55,063 bases of DNA, filler included, from Sphacelaria rigidula (GCA_964200075.2; 3 parts of 3 records of this genome joined end to end with filler, not necessarily neighbours in it), one strand, 5' to 3'; shown: positions 36,789 to 50,632, counted from the whole stretch's first letter. Numbers and translations are program-made. Notes: a model not told the origin generated them from the sequence alone.

Positions 36789-39184
36789 ACTGTTTTAGGC
36801 TTGAGCCTCATCTCAAAGGTAAACCTCAATTCGCACAATTTGTTGTTTATACCAGGTTCTATGGGCAATGAATAGGGCATAATAAAAAAACGGAAACGAA
36901 TACTCAAATTTAGGGGGTTTTTTCATGATGAGTTACGTTGGGATACAATTCAAGATATAGAATTTTCGTTTAGACGGCGATAGGCGGTCCATCTGCTGAA
37001 TCGGCATCAAAATTCAGTTGATATTAGGATGTGATCCAGATAGGCTACCCGCACCGCGGTCTCTTGTTACGATTTCTGTAAAGTGTCATATAGCTCCAGA
37101 ACAACAGTAGGCCCATGAGAAACAACGCAGGCTCGGAAATCATCCACACAGAGGGGGGCAGAGGCTACCTCACCCGTTCGTGGTGGGCAACCCGAAGCTG
37201 AATCGAGGACCGTTTTGGACTACAGCGACGCGGGCGACAGTGGCGACATGAACAGCCCGGAGCAGAGGTGAGGAGTTTCCTCTTCCGCCCTCAGCGGTTG
37301 AGTAAACCTCTATCTATATGCTATATCCCCCGATACTTACACATCGATATCGTCTCTGTTTATTTCCCCCCTCAGAAGAGCGCATGGTATTACGGCCAGG
37401 GAGAGCCGTATGAGACGAAGATGATGCGAAGCAGAGAGATACCGAGATAACCCTCCCCGCGCGCAAGATAGGTGGCTGATTACTCGTGGCATAATCTATA
37501 GGTGAATCGCAATGAAAGAAGCCAGGCACAACGAGCAGCTTAGAACACCAGTAACATGGGTTTGCTGTCACTCGGGTCGCCCACTTGGGGACCGTCATAC
37601 ACCCAATATCGAAACCTCAGGTGTTGCGAGGCCATTCATCCGGTTGCGGTCTCGGACTGGTTCCGGGACTATTTCGGTAACAGCCGGCAGCAGATGACCT
37701 ACAGTAATGGGCGGTCTAACTATTCAGCGAGTTTTTTGGGTTTTCCTCACGAACTACTCTTCGATAGAACTCGAAATTGCTAGCGTCGGTAGATTTCAAC
37801 ACAATAAACAGATCATCCTCAAAACACAGTGCCTAAGTTAGTGTTCGTTGGTGTTATCGGGCGAAACGAGTAAATACCCCGTTCATCATGAGGGTGTTAT
37901 CGACAGTGAAACACAGTTTTTCGGCTCTGGTGCAATGAGTAGGCAGAATTTCCAAAAAACAAAACTGTACATTTTTTTAGAAATATGATCGGGACAGGCT
38001 CGATCGACCGAAAATACCGAAGAGAAAGGATCTGGGCTGAAACGTCGCAGGACCCCCGATGCCCGGTCAGCCCGTAAGTCATTCAATATTAAGTACAGAT
38101 GATTTCTTTTTCTTGGAATGTGGAGCAGATACAAATATCTTCAGATTCCCAATGTGATAGGGGGTCGCGAGCGAAAAGAGCCCGAGAAAGTCGCCAATTA
38201 CGAAAAAATTACGAAATGCCTTAAAATGAATAGTTAGACCGCCCACTACTGTAACACTACAGACGCGAAGCAGCAGTTGTAACATTATTGGTGTTAAACT
38301 CGAAATATGTGCCCTGGCGAGATGTTGGCCACCCGCCCCAGATACATGAGGGTGCACTGCACGATGAGAGGAACGAACAATGCAAGACACACGGACCCGT
38401 AGTTGTAGGGCGCTTGGTATGACGTTAGCACGTGATTTCACCGACAAATGCCACCCCCCCCCTTTCCGACGGATTGACCAACGGCTTGAAGCATGGTTGG
38501 AGGAATGGATTGCACACCCAGAAAAACATGAGGGTGCACAGCGCGATGGAACAAACGGATCGCGCCTGACACACGGAGCCGTGGCTATTGGACGGTTGAA
38601 AGTATGGCGTTTCACTGGCGGATGACCACCCCCTACTTCGACTGTTTGACGCATGGAATGGAGAATACTTGAAGAATTATATTGCGTAAAGAATGAAGAA
38701 CGCGGGAGCACCTCGAGAAATGATATGACAAAACTCCACATGCACGTACGTAACAATCAACCCATCGAATAAACTTGATTCGGATGACGCACAGACGAAG
38801 GGAGAGTAAGTTTCCACACACACGAAGCGGCAGATACCGCTCCCAGTCGTCAATAGAAACGACGACGACAGCAATCGAAACAAGGTCGGGTCGCTGTCCC
38901 GACGATAAGTTATCACTCATGCCATGTCAGGAAGTCGTCAAGCGGCGAAAACACGACAACACGAACCTGCAAAAGCAAACGACTCTCGTACAGACTCCCG
39001 CTTTGTCATGCATCAACCGCGTTGCTGCGGTCGACACACTCACGGTAATGGGTCCTCAGATACGCACTGCATAATGGATGCCCCGCAGGCCGGGCTCCAA
39101 CCAACTATTCGAAAACCGCAAATCCCGGAATATCGAAGACAAACATGAAAATAGGTTCGTAAGGTTAGGAACTAAGGACCCATT

Positions 39185-42100
39185 ATGAACGAATCACACG
39201 TTGCAAACCCGCGATCGGACGACCGCCAACAAATCGGCGGGGGGGAAACACGCACACTCTCCATATTCAACGCTGCTCACATGTATCGAAACATATCGAC
39301 GTGCCGCTTGAAGACGCACAAAATCAGAAGGACTTCCCACCTTGTAACTCTCGTCGACAACAGTACGACGGCACAAAATGAAACGAAGATCAGCATAACG
39401 GAGAGGTCTAAACGGAGACTCAAGAAAGATGTCTACACGGCGTTAGAAACATTCCTCAATCAGATAGACGATCACGAGGGCGACAGGGCGAAACGGACGA
39501 AGGCCGACACTGGCTACGTCAGCGACATAACACGGTCTTTCCTGAGTAGCCACCCACGTATGAAACCCCTAGTAGAACACATACGAATGGAACATGAAGA
39601 AAGCAAGAACGGAAAAGGGGCAATCGGCGACAGCTTTCGTGAGCTCTAGGCGCTACTGTCGACGGCAAAGGTGATGGCCAGCAACGAGGGGTGTGGTCGA
39701 TTCGAAGGGCTATGTTGGCGTCCATCTGCGGCTCCGATACAACATATCAAGAGGTCAAGGAATTCGTAGGAGGAAACCTCGCAAGGGAAACGTTCAACGC
39801 CGCTCGGTCGAGACGGGAGGAAGCTATAGCAAGCGGAGACCCACAGCACATGTGAGTCAAAAACGTGATGCTGCGGCAGACTGTTTTTGTGTGCACCTCT
39901 AGCGCAGCAGTACACAGCACGCAACGTCAAGCACACTTCGATCCCAACCGTATCCACCATTCTCCCATCCACGCAGCTATACCTATTTCTATCGAGCACA
40001 CTCAGTTTTCGATGTGTATAGACGAGAAGGCGCCTCTGAAGACACCCCATCACCCAGATTCGTGACCATCCCGTACTCCCGCTCGCCCCACCCCCGACCC
40101 TCGGCCCCATTATCCCTCGTAATGATGGGGGCAAATCTTATCATGTGTGCGGCGTAGCGTGTCCACCAGACAACTGCGATCAGATCGACTCGAGACTACA
40201 TTTCCCCAGGCGCTGGACTGGATTCGCGAACGGATCATCGCCTACACTCAGCCCTCTCCGTCTGAGGTCAAATGGAAGCACGAATATGCACCTGGCAACC
40301 ACACACGCTCGGACGCAGACGGGTCACTCGTTTGCGTGAAACCCGAACTCTGCTCTTTTATGCCTATTCACTATTTGATGGGGACGAAGAAAAAACTGTA
40401 GGAGATCATCATGGCAGAAATGGGAGACGCGGTGAGTGAAGGACTGATAAATACTTTGAGTCACCTTCCTCGGGGGTGCACTTACCAAGCGCACGGAATG
40501 AGGCATGCCTGACCACGGATTGCACACATGGGTCCAGTCATGCTCTCACGGAGGGTTCCGAAGTTTAGGAAGTATCGGCTAGCATGGTCGGGGATAACCC
40601 CATTAGAACATTCATTCAGTACATCCCGTACGCCACCCACCGACAGATCGTACATCCCAAACGGGCATATCCTTTGACATAAGCGATATGATGCGCGCCT
40701 TGCAAATAATGTCAACGATGAACATTTGCGATCCCCCTGCAATGTGGCACCACTCGTAGGCGTACGCTCTCCTCTTTCGGCGATACTACCGACCGCCTGG
40801 TTCAAACGCTGATATCATGCCTGCGAAACACACTAACACAGATGCGAATAGCAACAAACTCTGTCAAAGGATACATCAGGTGAAAATCAAGTGCCCATTT
40901 CACCGCATAGAAGTCGCTGACCGACTTCATACTTTTGTCCTCGCTCAGCATGAAAACGGTCAGGTTGAGACGCCGAGGATCAGCCGGATATCTTTCGATA
41001 AACTGATCCCATTCTACGTCGTCGAGCAGTCAAATCGTTCTTGCCTCTGCGCCACCTGCTACAAGGCGAAGCTCATCACCATCGCCCTCTGTGACCTGTG
41101 GCCGACACTACATCGAGGTTCGAGCCCTGGCGCCGAGTGTACGTGCACCTGTGACCTGTGCAACAATGGCGGATGCATAGAATACCTCCGGTACGACTCA
41201 CGCAAAGAAATAGCAAGCATGGGCAAATTCAGCGACTTGCATATGTGCGAAAAAGAAAACTTGTACACGTCACGGGATAGAACGCGCGTCAAAGCACACA
41301 CATCTGTCTGCGTATCCGGATGTTGCGTGGAGTGCAAACGAAGGCAATCACTCTTCTTCGATTGTCCACGACACAAAGGCGGACTAGAGCGGGAGCTACA
41401 CACATATTCACCAGCGATGAGCGTCAGCGAAGGGTCGCCCCCCGGAGAAATTACGTGGAGCATGTTCACCGACGTCGATGAAAAAGGGCAGGCGACGACA
41501 AAGACGAGGAGCGGGAACCGGTAACAGCGGGGACGTGAAGACACCGACGCTGAATATGATCTGCGGGCGGAGTCGAATCCCAAGAACCGTCAGGTGGGTC
41601 CGACGGGAGATGGTGTTGAAAATGTATTCATAAAGGTTCGCCAAAAGGGTCAAGAGGTCCGGTAGTTATCACAATGCAGACTTAAACGCAACAGAATATA
41701 CAAGATATCGCGGCATTGTGTCGATAGGGGCGTAAATATGACACTCTCATTCAGCACCGGAGGTTCTTCATACTAAGAACCGTTTACTGCTTTGACGACG
41801 ACATATCGTGCAGCACTGGTACAAGGACATCGTCAGCACAAGATACAGACAGGCGCATACGATGGACTCAATATTGACATTCGACATTCATGTTGCTTAC
41901 GCAGAACCCTATTATCCCGTCACAAATGATGCTTCACAGGCTATCGCAGCGAAGAAAGGGACGGTCGACGACTTCATGGGCGAGTTGTCAGAAATTGTGT
42001 CGAAGTACATCCTGCACAGAAGACAATACAAGATGCAGCGCACCGCCTTCATCGAGAAGAAGTTAACGATGAAAGACGGAGAAGTTCTGTTGATAGTGGA

Positions 42101-43615
42101 CTTCCAGGAACGTCTACAAGATAAAGAGCAGGACCAGGTATAGAGTCAACACTGGAACCAGGACGCTACTACCATATTCCCATGCTACATACTGTTCAGA
42201 TTTCGCGGACGTGTCTGGGCATACTCGTTCGTGATCCTCAGCGACGACATGGCTCAAGATAACGCATGGGTTTAACACGTACTGACAAGATTGCTGGACG
42301 AGTATATTCCACCCTTACTACGGAAAATAGGGGCGCCTCCCATGACCTGGGCGATCATCTTCTCAGAAAATTGCTTCAAGCAGTTCAAATGGCGATTCCA
42401 GTTCGGCTTGGTAGCAGGTGCTCTGATCCTCGCCCTTGACGACCACGGAGCATCGACAGGCAAGTACGTACACCTGGAACACCATTACTTCGGCCCAAGC
42501 CACGGGAAGAATTCCTCAGACAGCGAAAGCGCGACAGCGAAGACATACGTGCGTACGATGGTCAACAACCAGCAGTGGGACGTAATTAGAAACTCAAAAG
42601 ATATGTGCGAGAAGCTAGAGAAGGGCATTGGGTTTCATCTACGAGACGCTACCATCGGAGAGCGGACCTCCTTCTTCGCAGGCAAGAATGGGAAGCCGAC
42701 CGGAACTGAACAGTTGTGCGTGACGGAGGTGAGTGAGACGGTAGGCATCTGCACAATCAAGACCCCCCAAGCACATACTCACACACCTCATCCACCACGT
42801 AAATGAAGGGAGGGAGTCCCTCGCTGAGTCTTGTCTCACCGCAAACGTTCAATTGCCCCCCTGCACGCAACGAAAGCTCACGCCTCTCAAAGATCAGGAA
42901 GGTCAATGGAGGGACGAAACGATTGACACAATATCGAATCCTTAAGCACGAATGATGCCAACCTTGGGATTTATGATAATTTCGAAAAATACCGGCCCGA
43001 GAACTAACGACGGAGCAAGAGGGCTCAGACCGCGAAAGAGTGATGCTACGGTAGGAGTGCGCACATACTCTCTACATTTCCTAACTTAGGAACTCCATTC
43101 TAGAGTTCCGAAGTTAGGAACTCCATTCAGATAAAACACCAGGATGACAAATCATTCAAGACTGTGCGATCACATCACACGATGCTTTCACCATTAATCT
43201 AGCTGGTAAGGTTACTCCAAATGTAATGCAACCGATATCTTCATACATGCATCGAACTACTGAGAATCATGCCGATATAACTATCATTCTGTATACGTTC
43301 CCTACCTGCAAGATATAGACCTTGCGCGTTACCCTTGCCGCATACCTTGCGTGGATGTGCTGTGTTGCTTCGCAGACGTGGATCGGCGAGGGGAGAACCA
43401 CACCTCAGCAGAGGACGTTTTTTCTCACGAAGCATGCCAACACGCTTATCGGGAGACAGGTCCTCTTTTTCGGTGTCGAGGATGTCACATCTGCTGTACG
43501 ACGGGCGGCCCGCTCGGCACTAAAGGAGATCGAAGTGCCCGGCTGCCAAGCTATCGGCAAGGCAGCAGCGACGGGCACAGCAGGCATCGTCGCCGTCTAC
43601 CACCTATCTTGTTTG
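39185..43615 (+). pseudogene. Intron-containing DDD transposase pseudogene, Sola2-like
   Basis: Exon-like blocks about 40150-40335, 40880-41553, 41940-42729 and 43320-43614, several bounded by AG / GTGAGT. Motifs ISRISFDKLIPFYV..SCLCATC, a Cys-rich domain, LIVDFQE..Q.*SQHW...TIFP, ILSDDMAQD, FSENCFKQFK, YFGPSHGKNSSDSE and YHLSC. These match the pattern DFxEN..QSxHW..SDD..SDxC.xQ(F/Y)K..HGK..D that I recall for Sola2. In-frame stops at about 41522, 42141 and 42273. Confidence 0.8.
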
Positions 43616-43803
43616 TGAGTTTCCTCGCTCGTTCGTGCGTCAAGGAAGATTCACAACATATATAGAGAGTCCTTCCACAAAGAGGATCGGGACGAAATAT
43701 GCACCTTTACTGTTGCGTTGTGTGCCCATGTTTATCGCGAGGGCGTATACATATGATAATGCCTAGGACACGGCTCCACCGAAAAACTGACTAACAAACG
43801 AAT

Positions 43804-44073
43804 ATGTTACAGATTTATTGGTCATGTTCCAGTTGACTGGGTCCCATTTGTCATACTTTGTCATGCTTGGTACCTGATGGGTCATACTACACTGTTTGAT
43901 TGAATTGACCTGGCCGCCCCTTTGGGTCACAGCGTTTTGGACAATGCACCTCAACTAGCAAAGCACAAGTTAGCCTGTACGCCAATAATACAAGAGCATC
44001 TACGCCATCCTGGACTGCTATCTCAGAGGGTTCTCTGGTCTTCACAAATGTGGTGAGTATCGATACCATGACA
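43804..44073 (+). repeat. Direct repeat copy 1 (intron-less form)
   Basis: Homologous to 49383-49837; the central 120 bp or so is nearly identical. Confidence 0.9.
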
Positions 44074-44639
44074 TGGTGTCCAGCCCTTTCTTGTGTAGAG
44101 TCAACACCGGCATGCTCCGACCACGAACCCTCGGAGGGGAGGGTTCGCTGGCGTGTGGGTCGGATCAGGTGAAATGTTACTCTTTTTATATAGAGTAAAT
44201 AGTGTGCCTGTTCACAAAGTGTACTATGAAAGCATGTACAGTGTACTATGATGGTATGCTGCTTCGGCTCTTCGCACTCTTTTGTTCTGTCTACCTACCA
44301 TACGCACGTTGAGCATAAATAGTTGAGCGTGGGCTATGTAGTTTGTTTTGCCCTGTGGGTGCCCTGTGCTCCGTACCCGCCGCATTGCACTTCGTTACAT
44401 GCAACCCACGCAGTGCGCCACCAACGTCTTTATGCACGAGCTCATCCGGGTTGGTTCATCAGCACGCCACTGCAGACGTCCACAGCAAAATTGAAATAAC
44501 CTAGCCAAAACACTTGATAAAAGGCATAAAAGTTGAACGAGATTGCACGAGTCATCGAACCAGAGGGCCTACAATTACGTCGGGGCGTTTCGGGACATCA
44601 GGCTCCAGACAGCTGCGGAAGCTGTGCAGCCGCGTCGTT

Positions 44640-45030
44640 GCTATCTGTTGTTATGGATTTCGCTGTGGTTGTGTGCTGCTGTTCGTCGCTGCCGTGCCGC
44701 CGCTGTGTGTTGCTGCTGCTCGCCGCACGGCTGTGCTGTTGTTGTGTGCTGCTGTCCGTCGCTGCCGTGCCGCCGCTGTGTGTTGCTGCTGCTCGCCGCA
44801 CGACTGTGCTGTTCTTCTGTGATGTTGTTTGTCGTTGCCGCGCAGCTGCTGTGTGTCGTTGGTTGTTGCTGCTTTGTGTTGTTGATGCTGTTACTGCTGC
44901 TGCTGCTGTTGTTGTCTGTTGTCGCTGTTGTCGCTGTTGCCTATTACTGCTGTTGCCGTTGCCGTTGCTGTTGCTGTTGCTGTCGCTGTTGTTGTATGTT
45001 GTATGTTGTTGCTGATGCTGCTGCTGTTTT
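44640..45030. repeat. (TGC/TGT/GTT)-rich low-complexity tract with an internal duplication
   Basis: CGTCGCTGCCGTGCCGCCGCTGTGTGTTGCTGCTGCTCGCCGCAC occurs twice within degenerate trinucleotide repeats. Confidence 0.85.
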
Positions 45031-45559
45031 CACCGTGCTTTCTGCTACCCTGGTTGGCTGTTATTGTCCCGCTTGTTGTGTTTTTGCCTCTACCGCCTAC
45101 TGTCGGCTGTACTTTTCTCGCTCACTATCACATCGCATGTTGTCATGTGCACGTGCATTTTCCGCCCTCATGTTCTTTATAACCTTGCTTCAATCTGATC
45201 GCACAGTTTTTGTTTTGTCATTGTTGCGTGCATTGTATCACCTTCGCCTGATCTACACCTGGTCAGCCATAATATCATCGCTGTACCTAACCAGCAATGA
45301 TCGTGTTCTAGACATTCTCTAAATTTTCCCGGTAGTTTTATTGCAAAACAACCCACCATGATCAGTATGTACTTTGTTTCCGGGGTTGAATTTTTATTGT
45401 GGCCATGAGGATTTGTGGAATGCACATGCAGTAAAGCTTCCATTTTATTTCGATCTTGTTTGCTATTCTTTCATCTTACATACTCATATTGTCTGCATCC
45501 CCGGGTGTCGCGTCTATCATAACTGTCTTTTGAGCCCCTCGATTATACTTTGAGTGCTT

Positions 45560-45810
45560 CATCATTTTGCACCGCCGTCGTCTTGCTCTTTCGAGCTGCA
45601 CTATTTTTTATTTCATGGTCTGGATTTTTTTTCTTCTTATTGTCTTATCATTCGCGCCGCCGTCGTCTTGCTCTTTTGAGCTTCACTATTTTTCATTTCA
45701 TGTTCTGGAAATTTTGTATTTTACTTTGATTGTCTCATCATTTACGCCGCCGTCGTCTTGCTTTTTCGAGCTGCACTATTTTTCATTTCATGTTCTGGTA
45801 ATTTTGTATT
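45560..45810. repeat. Tandem repeat, about 3 units of about 88 bp
   Basis: CGCCGTCGTCTTGCT..GAGCT.CACTATTTT..ATTTCATG recurs at about 45573, 45658 and 45748. Confidence 0.85.
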
Positions 45811-46471
45811 GTGTTTGGCGCTCGCGATGTTTTAATTTGACCGTGCGGGTGTAGGCAATCTGCAGGGCCTTGTCTGTTGCACCGCCTGTACTCATCATGC
45901 TTGTGCAGGATTCCGCTGGTAATCGTTTCATCTATCTGGTTCGCAAGGCCGAAACGCCAAATTTACCGCCCGGCACACGACATTTCGATCTGTGTCACGT
46001 GGTGTAAAACCGAGCCATATTTTCATGTACCCCAAGACTTCCAACGTATACTGACCACGCCCTCTATTACTTCCGCCCTTCACCCACACTCTTGTACTGG
46101 GTGTGTCGCATCCCCATGAGGGAACCGGCGCTACACGTCATTGCGTTGGGGAGGACACGCAGGAAACACTGAACGGTTTGTCAATGACAGTATGTCCCCG
46201 CGTGGAGTGTCTGCAATTTGGTCTGGTTTAGCTAATCCCGGGTACCTTTTCGTAGCATTTTGGTAGCAGGGTCATTACCTTGGTGCCACTAAATAGGATC
46301 CCCATTTTTATCCCACTCTGGTGATCGATTGTATAAGTTTTCTATTCAACAGGTTGGCTTCTTGACGCACCCTGTACCGTAGTTGATTACTACCTTGTCC
46401 CTTGCTGATACCGTAGTTGGGTACTACTTTGTTCAGGTGCTTTAAACTTGGCTTTCGATACCATGCAACCA

Positions 46472-46687
46472 CAAATATTTTCGTGCAATGTCTTGTCATT
46501 ACTTATGCAGTACGCAGACTTCGTTGCCCTGCTTCATCTTCTTGCCCTTCATGTCTAGCGTACCATGTAAGGTGACTGCCAAATATTTTCGTGCAATTTC
46601 TTGTCATTACTTATGCAGTACTCAGACTTAGTCGCCCTGCTTTATCTTTTTGCCCTTCATGTCTAGCGTACCATGCAAGGTGACTGC
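46472..46687. repeat. Tandem duplication, 2 units of about 108 bp
   Basis: CAAATATTTTCGTGCAAT...GTACCATG.AAGGTGACTGC occurs twice. Confidence 0.9.
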
Positions 46688-47579
46688 GCGACTACATACC
46701 GTGTCTTTGATATTTCCTACATACCCTACATATGGTTTTCAGACACTCGTTCCGCCGAGGTGGTCGCTGAACCCCCTCGGGGGGGGGGAAGCACGAATTC
46801 CATATCTGTTGCTTGTTGTTGTCTCGCGTGCACACCCTTTGCCACAAAACAACGCGGCTTCCCACCATGAGAACGCCGCATGATCAGAAAAGAAATGCAC
46901 AAGGTTCTTGACCGAGGTGTTGCTCACCCAACTTTCCCTGGCAAAGTTTGTGGACTACACGATTTTAAGTTCAGTAAACTTCGCCAAGTTTTGCCAAATA
47001 TATCTTTAATGCAGGGTCTCACAGGTTCCTTAGCCTGTTAATCGATAATGCCGGCATACAACCAGCCCCCTCCAAATGCAACGCAATTGCTCAGACGTCA
47101 CGTCCATACAAAACTACGTTCGTTTCTAAAGCCACCAGGTACCTTGGACAGTTTGTCCAGGAGCGTAGCATTCTAGTCGTCCTGCTGACCGATATTCTAA
47201 ATATGTAGGAAAACCAACAGTATTGCTGCACGATGTAGGTAAACGCGCGCTCTTCTTTTGCTGTCAAACTCTTGTGCCGTACAACTGCAGCAAGACTTGA
47301 CCGCCACAATCCGGTCGTATCATAGTGGCTCAGCTAGGATATGGCATACGAACTAGACTCTCGCCCAATGAGCATCAATGTACAACTCATGCGTGTGAGG
47401 GCATGTTTCTTGTCATTTCTGTGCTTTGTCTCGGTATATTTAGTACAACGTACCTCATTATTATATTTTTACTCAGCATGCCTTGTCTATTTTATTTTCG
47501 CCATGATTATGTCTACAGTTTCACAGGATTCGAGAATCTAGGGAGACGGCTGCTGAAAAGGTTAAAAAAGGTTACAGAA

Positions 47580-48560
47580 TTGTACAAATCTTGGCCCCAG
47601 AGAGAGTACGTTCCACGCATACTCTTGCGCAATCGTACCCTACCCGACGACCCGACGCCATGCTACCGTCTGACACGTTTCCCTTCGAGCTCTGGACTGG
47701 CCGTAAACATTACACACGCACCACCGCTGTCTCAAAAGCAAGAAGTTCCTTCTATATTCGCCCACCCCATCCGAAACACCTCATACTCGAAGTGTTTGCG
47801 TCCCGCCTTGAGGGGGACCAAACTGGAACGCTACACCCAAATTCCACCTGACCCCTGAATTTGTCCCCGTGTTGGACTGCATTGCCTAGATCTGTCACCA
47901 TATTGGATCGAGAACTCTACGTTGTTTCAGGCACTGACGGATGGGGAAAAGCGAAATACTTCAAAAGGGGGGGGGGGGGCGTACTCATCTGTTTCGAGCA
48001 TCCAAGTAATTTCCTAGCTGCTGTAATCGGCACTGTTCCCAACTTCTCTACCAACTTCACTGCATCCAAGTATTCTCTGAGCTGTTGCAATCTGTACTGT
48101 TTCCAACTTCTTCACTAGTTTTATTGCATCTGAGTATTCTTTTAGCTGCTGCCAGCCGCACTGTTTTCAATTTCTCTAGCAACTTCACCCGTTGCTTTGC
48201 CATGTCTAATGCTAGTATCAGGTCATCAAAGAATAACTCGAGTAGAGAGGGTGATAACGTACATCCTGGTGCGACTCCTTGCAAATTATTTCGATATTTC
48301 CCTGTCTAGCATCATCGCACTTTTGGCACATTTCTGTCGTCTTCATCGTCCACACCTTTCCTTTGATTACAATTCCTCATGTATTTTCCCACAGCCCCTT
48401 GCCCCATACTGCGTCATGAGACTTTTGCACCTGTATCATCCCACAGCTTCTTCGATCCCGCCATCGCACTCGAAGCACCCCGCGTCCCCACGTAGTGATG
48501 CCTTGAAGCTTTTGCCCATAGGTGCTACCTCCTGGAAAGGCTATAGCAGTGCCGAGCTGA
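47580..48560 (-). mobile_element. Degenerate non-LTR retrotransposon (LINE) RT fragment
   Basis: QGITT, KSHDAVWGKGLW (cf. KAYDTVWR.GLW), QGVAPGCTLSPSLLELFFDDL (cf. GV.QGC.LSP.LF..YINDL) and C-terminal KLKTVRLAAAKRILRC; internally deleted. Confidence 0.8.
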
Positions 48561-49382
48561 AGCGCCACGTGTATGATTATGATAATTTCTTTCGGCGAGT
48601 ACGATACTAAGATGGAGACTGGAAACAGCTATCTCGCCGGGAACTCGAGCGCCCCAAGCTGGAACGGAGGAACCAAAGAGAGACTGAAGCCATGGACGTT
48701 TACGAACAGCTGTTGTGGGATGTGGTATATGATATTATTGCGAGAGGAATGCGGTGATGAAATAAGGGAATGGGTAACTATAGATTGCTGCTACCGTACG
48801 CTTCAGCCATGAATTTCGAGTGTTCTTGTCTTTTTCTTTTGTCGCTTTGTTATTGACTGCTTCCCATTTGGTAATATACGGGCACATGTGTGAGCCAAGG
48901 CGCGTGGGCTCTAGTCCCAGTAGAATAGGCGTCAGTAGTTACAGAAGAGCACCCCTCAAAAGCTGCACTCCTGTAACTATTGATCAGTTTGTGGAAAGGT
49001 TGTTTTTAGTAAGGTTCAAGCCCTGCGCTACCCCAGAATCCAGTGAAACTAATCCGGGGTGTCGACGCGCGATCACGCTAACTAGCCGATCGTTCTCCAG
49101 TCTAACTGAGATGCCGGGAAAACGACAGCGACCGTGCCTGTCCGCTGTTTCTGTCGTTGGAAAGGGCGTTATAGATTGTTTCCCTTTCCTAACGGATGGA
49201 GTTTTCCCCTGCTTATCAGGGTATACCCTTCATTAGATCTGCAACGAGTTTTCCCCTGCACTGTAATTCAGCAGGCTTTTCTCGTTTTACTTTCAGGCGT
49301 ATGTGCACAGGCTTTGTTTTTGTTCTTTCCCTTCCAGCCCTCCAATGGATTTTTGTTTAGCCATATAAATATGGCTAGGGGG

Positions 49383-49837
49383 ATGTTACAGATTTATCGG
49401 TCATTTTACAGTCCACTAGGGTCCATGTGTCATACTTTGTCATGCTTGGTACCTTATGGGTCATACTACATTGTGCGGCCGGATTGAGCAGCCTGCCCCC
49501 CCGTATTACAGCGTTTTGGACTATGCACCTCAACTAGCAAAGCACAAGTTAGCCTGTACGCCAATAATACAAGAGCATCTACGCCATCACGAACTGCTAT
49601 CTCAGAGGGTTCTCTGGTCTTCACAAATGTAAGCCTGACCTTCATGCAACATATGTTGTTCTGGCGTCTGAGCGGCTCATCGGGTCTGCAGCCCGACGCT
49701 GCGAACATGACTGGCTCTGCACTCGGTAAAGTCGAGCTCGATGGCTTCGATACTCATGATTATGTTTGAGCCCGCTAGCCCAGGTGCCCACTGAACTGGC
49801 ACCTTCCTACCTAGGTGGTGAGTATCGTACCATGACA
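49383..49837 (+). repeat. Direct repeat copy 2, containing a 186-bp GT..AG segment (49629-49814)
   Basis: Collinear with 43804-44073 except for GTAAGCC...CCTACCTAG. Confidence 0.9.
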
Positions 49838-50150
49838 GGTAACCTCGAAACCTTCTCGGAGCGATCTGGGTTATTTTCTTACACAATGTCCAACAATGGA
49901 GAGCGACTATGTCATTGGTACACAAAATTCGACTCAATGGTCGACGAGGGAGAGGGACTTGCTGCGCCCCTCTCGTGATGAAAAATAAGGGGAAGCACCG
50001 CAGAAGGGAGGTGAAGTGCTAAAACAAACAGAAATAAAATAGAACTTCTGTGTTGGCCTTCCTCCTGTGTGACCCCGGCTGGTGCGCCCACATATATACC
50101 GAAAGGTGTAGACCCGCGTCCAGAATAGATGGGACGACAACACACACTCT
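49838..50150 (+). mobile_element. tRNA-derived SINE (family 1), head partly deleted
   Basis: Homologous to the reverse complement of 22595-22945. Confidence 0.8.
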
Positions 50151-50378
50151 CCAGCGTTATACACACTCCGACGAAAAGCCCGTGGTCAAGAGACTATCTA
50201 ACCGAAACGTAAAGTCCCGCGGGACGAAAGGGACGTAAAAATGGCGGGGGACCACAGCTTGAAATGATATACAGTACACTCCGGTGGATATTTCGGATGA
50301 TTTGTAGTCTCTGGACTACTGGATGTTTTTTCAAGAGATATCTGTAAGGCTGGAGCCCGTAGGCGCGGGGGTAGGCGT

Positions 50379-50632
50379 GAAAGTTTCTACGATAGCCCCC
50401 TCGAACAAAGTGGCTGGTTTGGGGAGGCAAAATCTGCACGAGAATTGACATGAAAAAAGCCGAGCACAACGAGCAGGTGGGAATTACCACGCTTGGATTT
50501 GTTTTCGCCAATGTCCACCATGTGAGGCGCTTTATGCAACCTGAAACCAAACATCAGGTGTTGTTGTATGACTGTTTTCTTCGTGACAGTTCCAGACTGT
50601 TTTTTTTGGGGAGGGGTATCGCAGAAAGTGTC
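50379..50632. mobile_element. MITE (module A)
   Basis: TIRs GAAAGTTTCTACGATAG / GTATCGCAGAAAGTGTC; homologous to 35286-35555. No TSD match. Confidence 0.7.

Noticed and set aside
44514..45322. Long Cys/Leu/Ala-rich ORFs
   Set aside because: Products of a stop-poor trinucleotide low-complexity tract.
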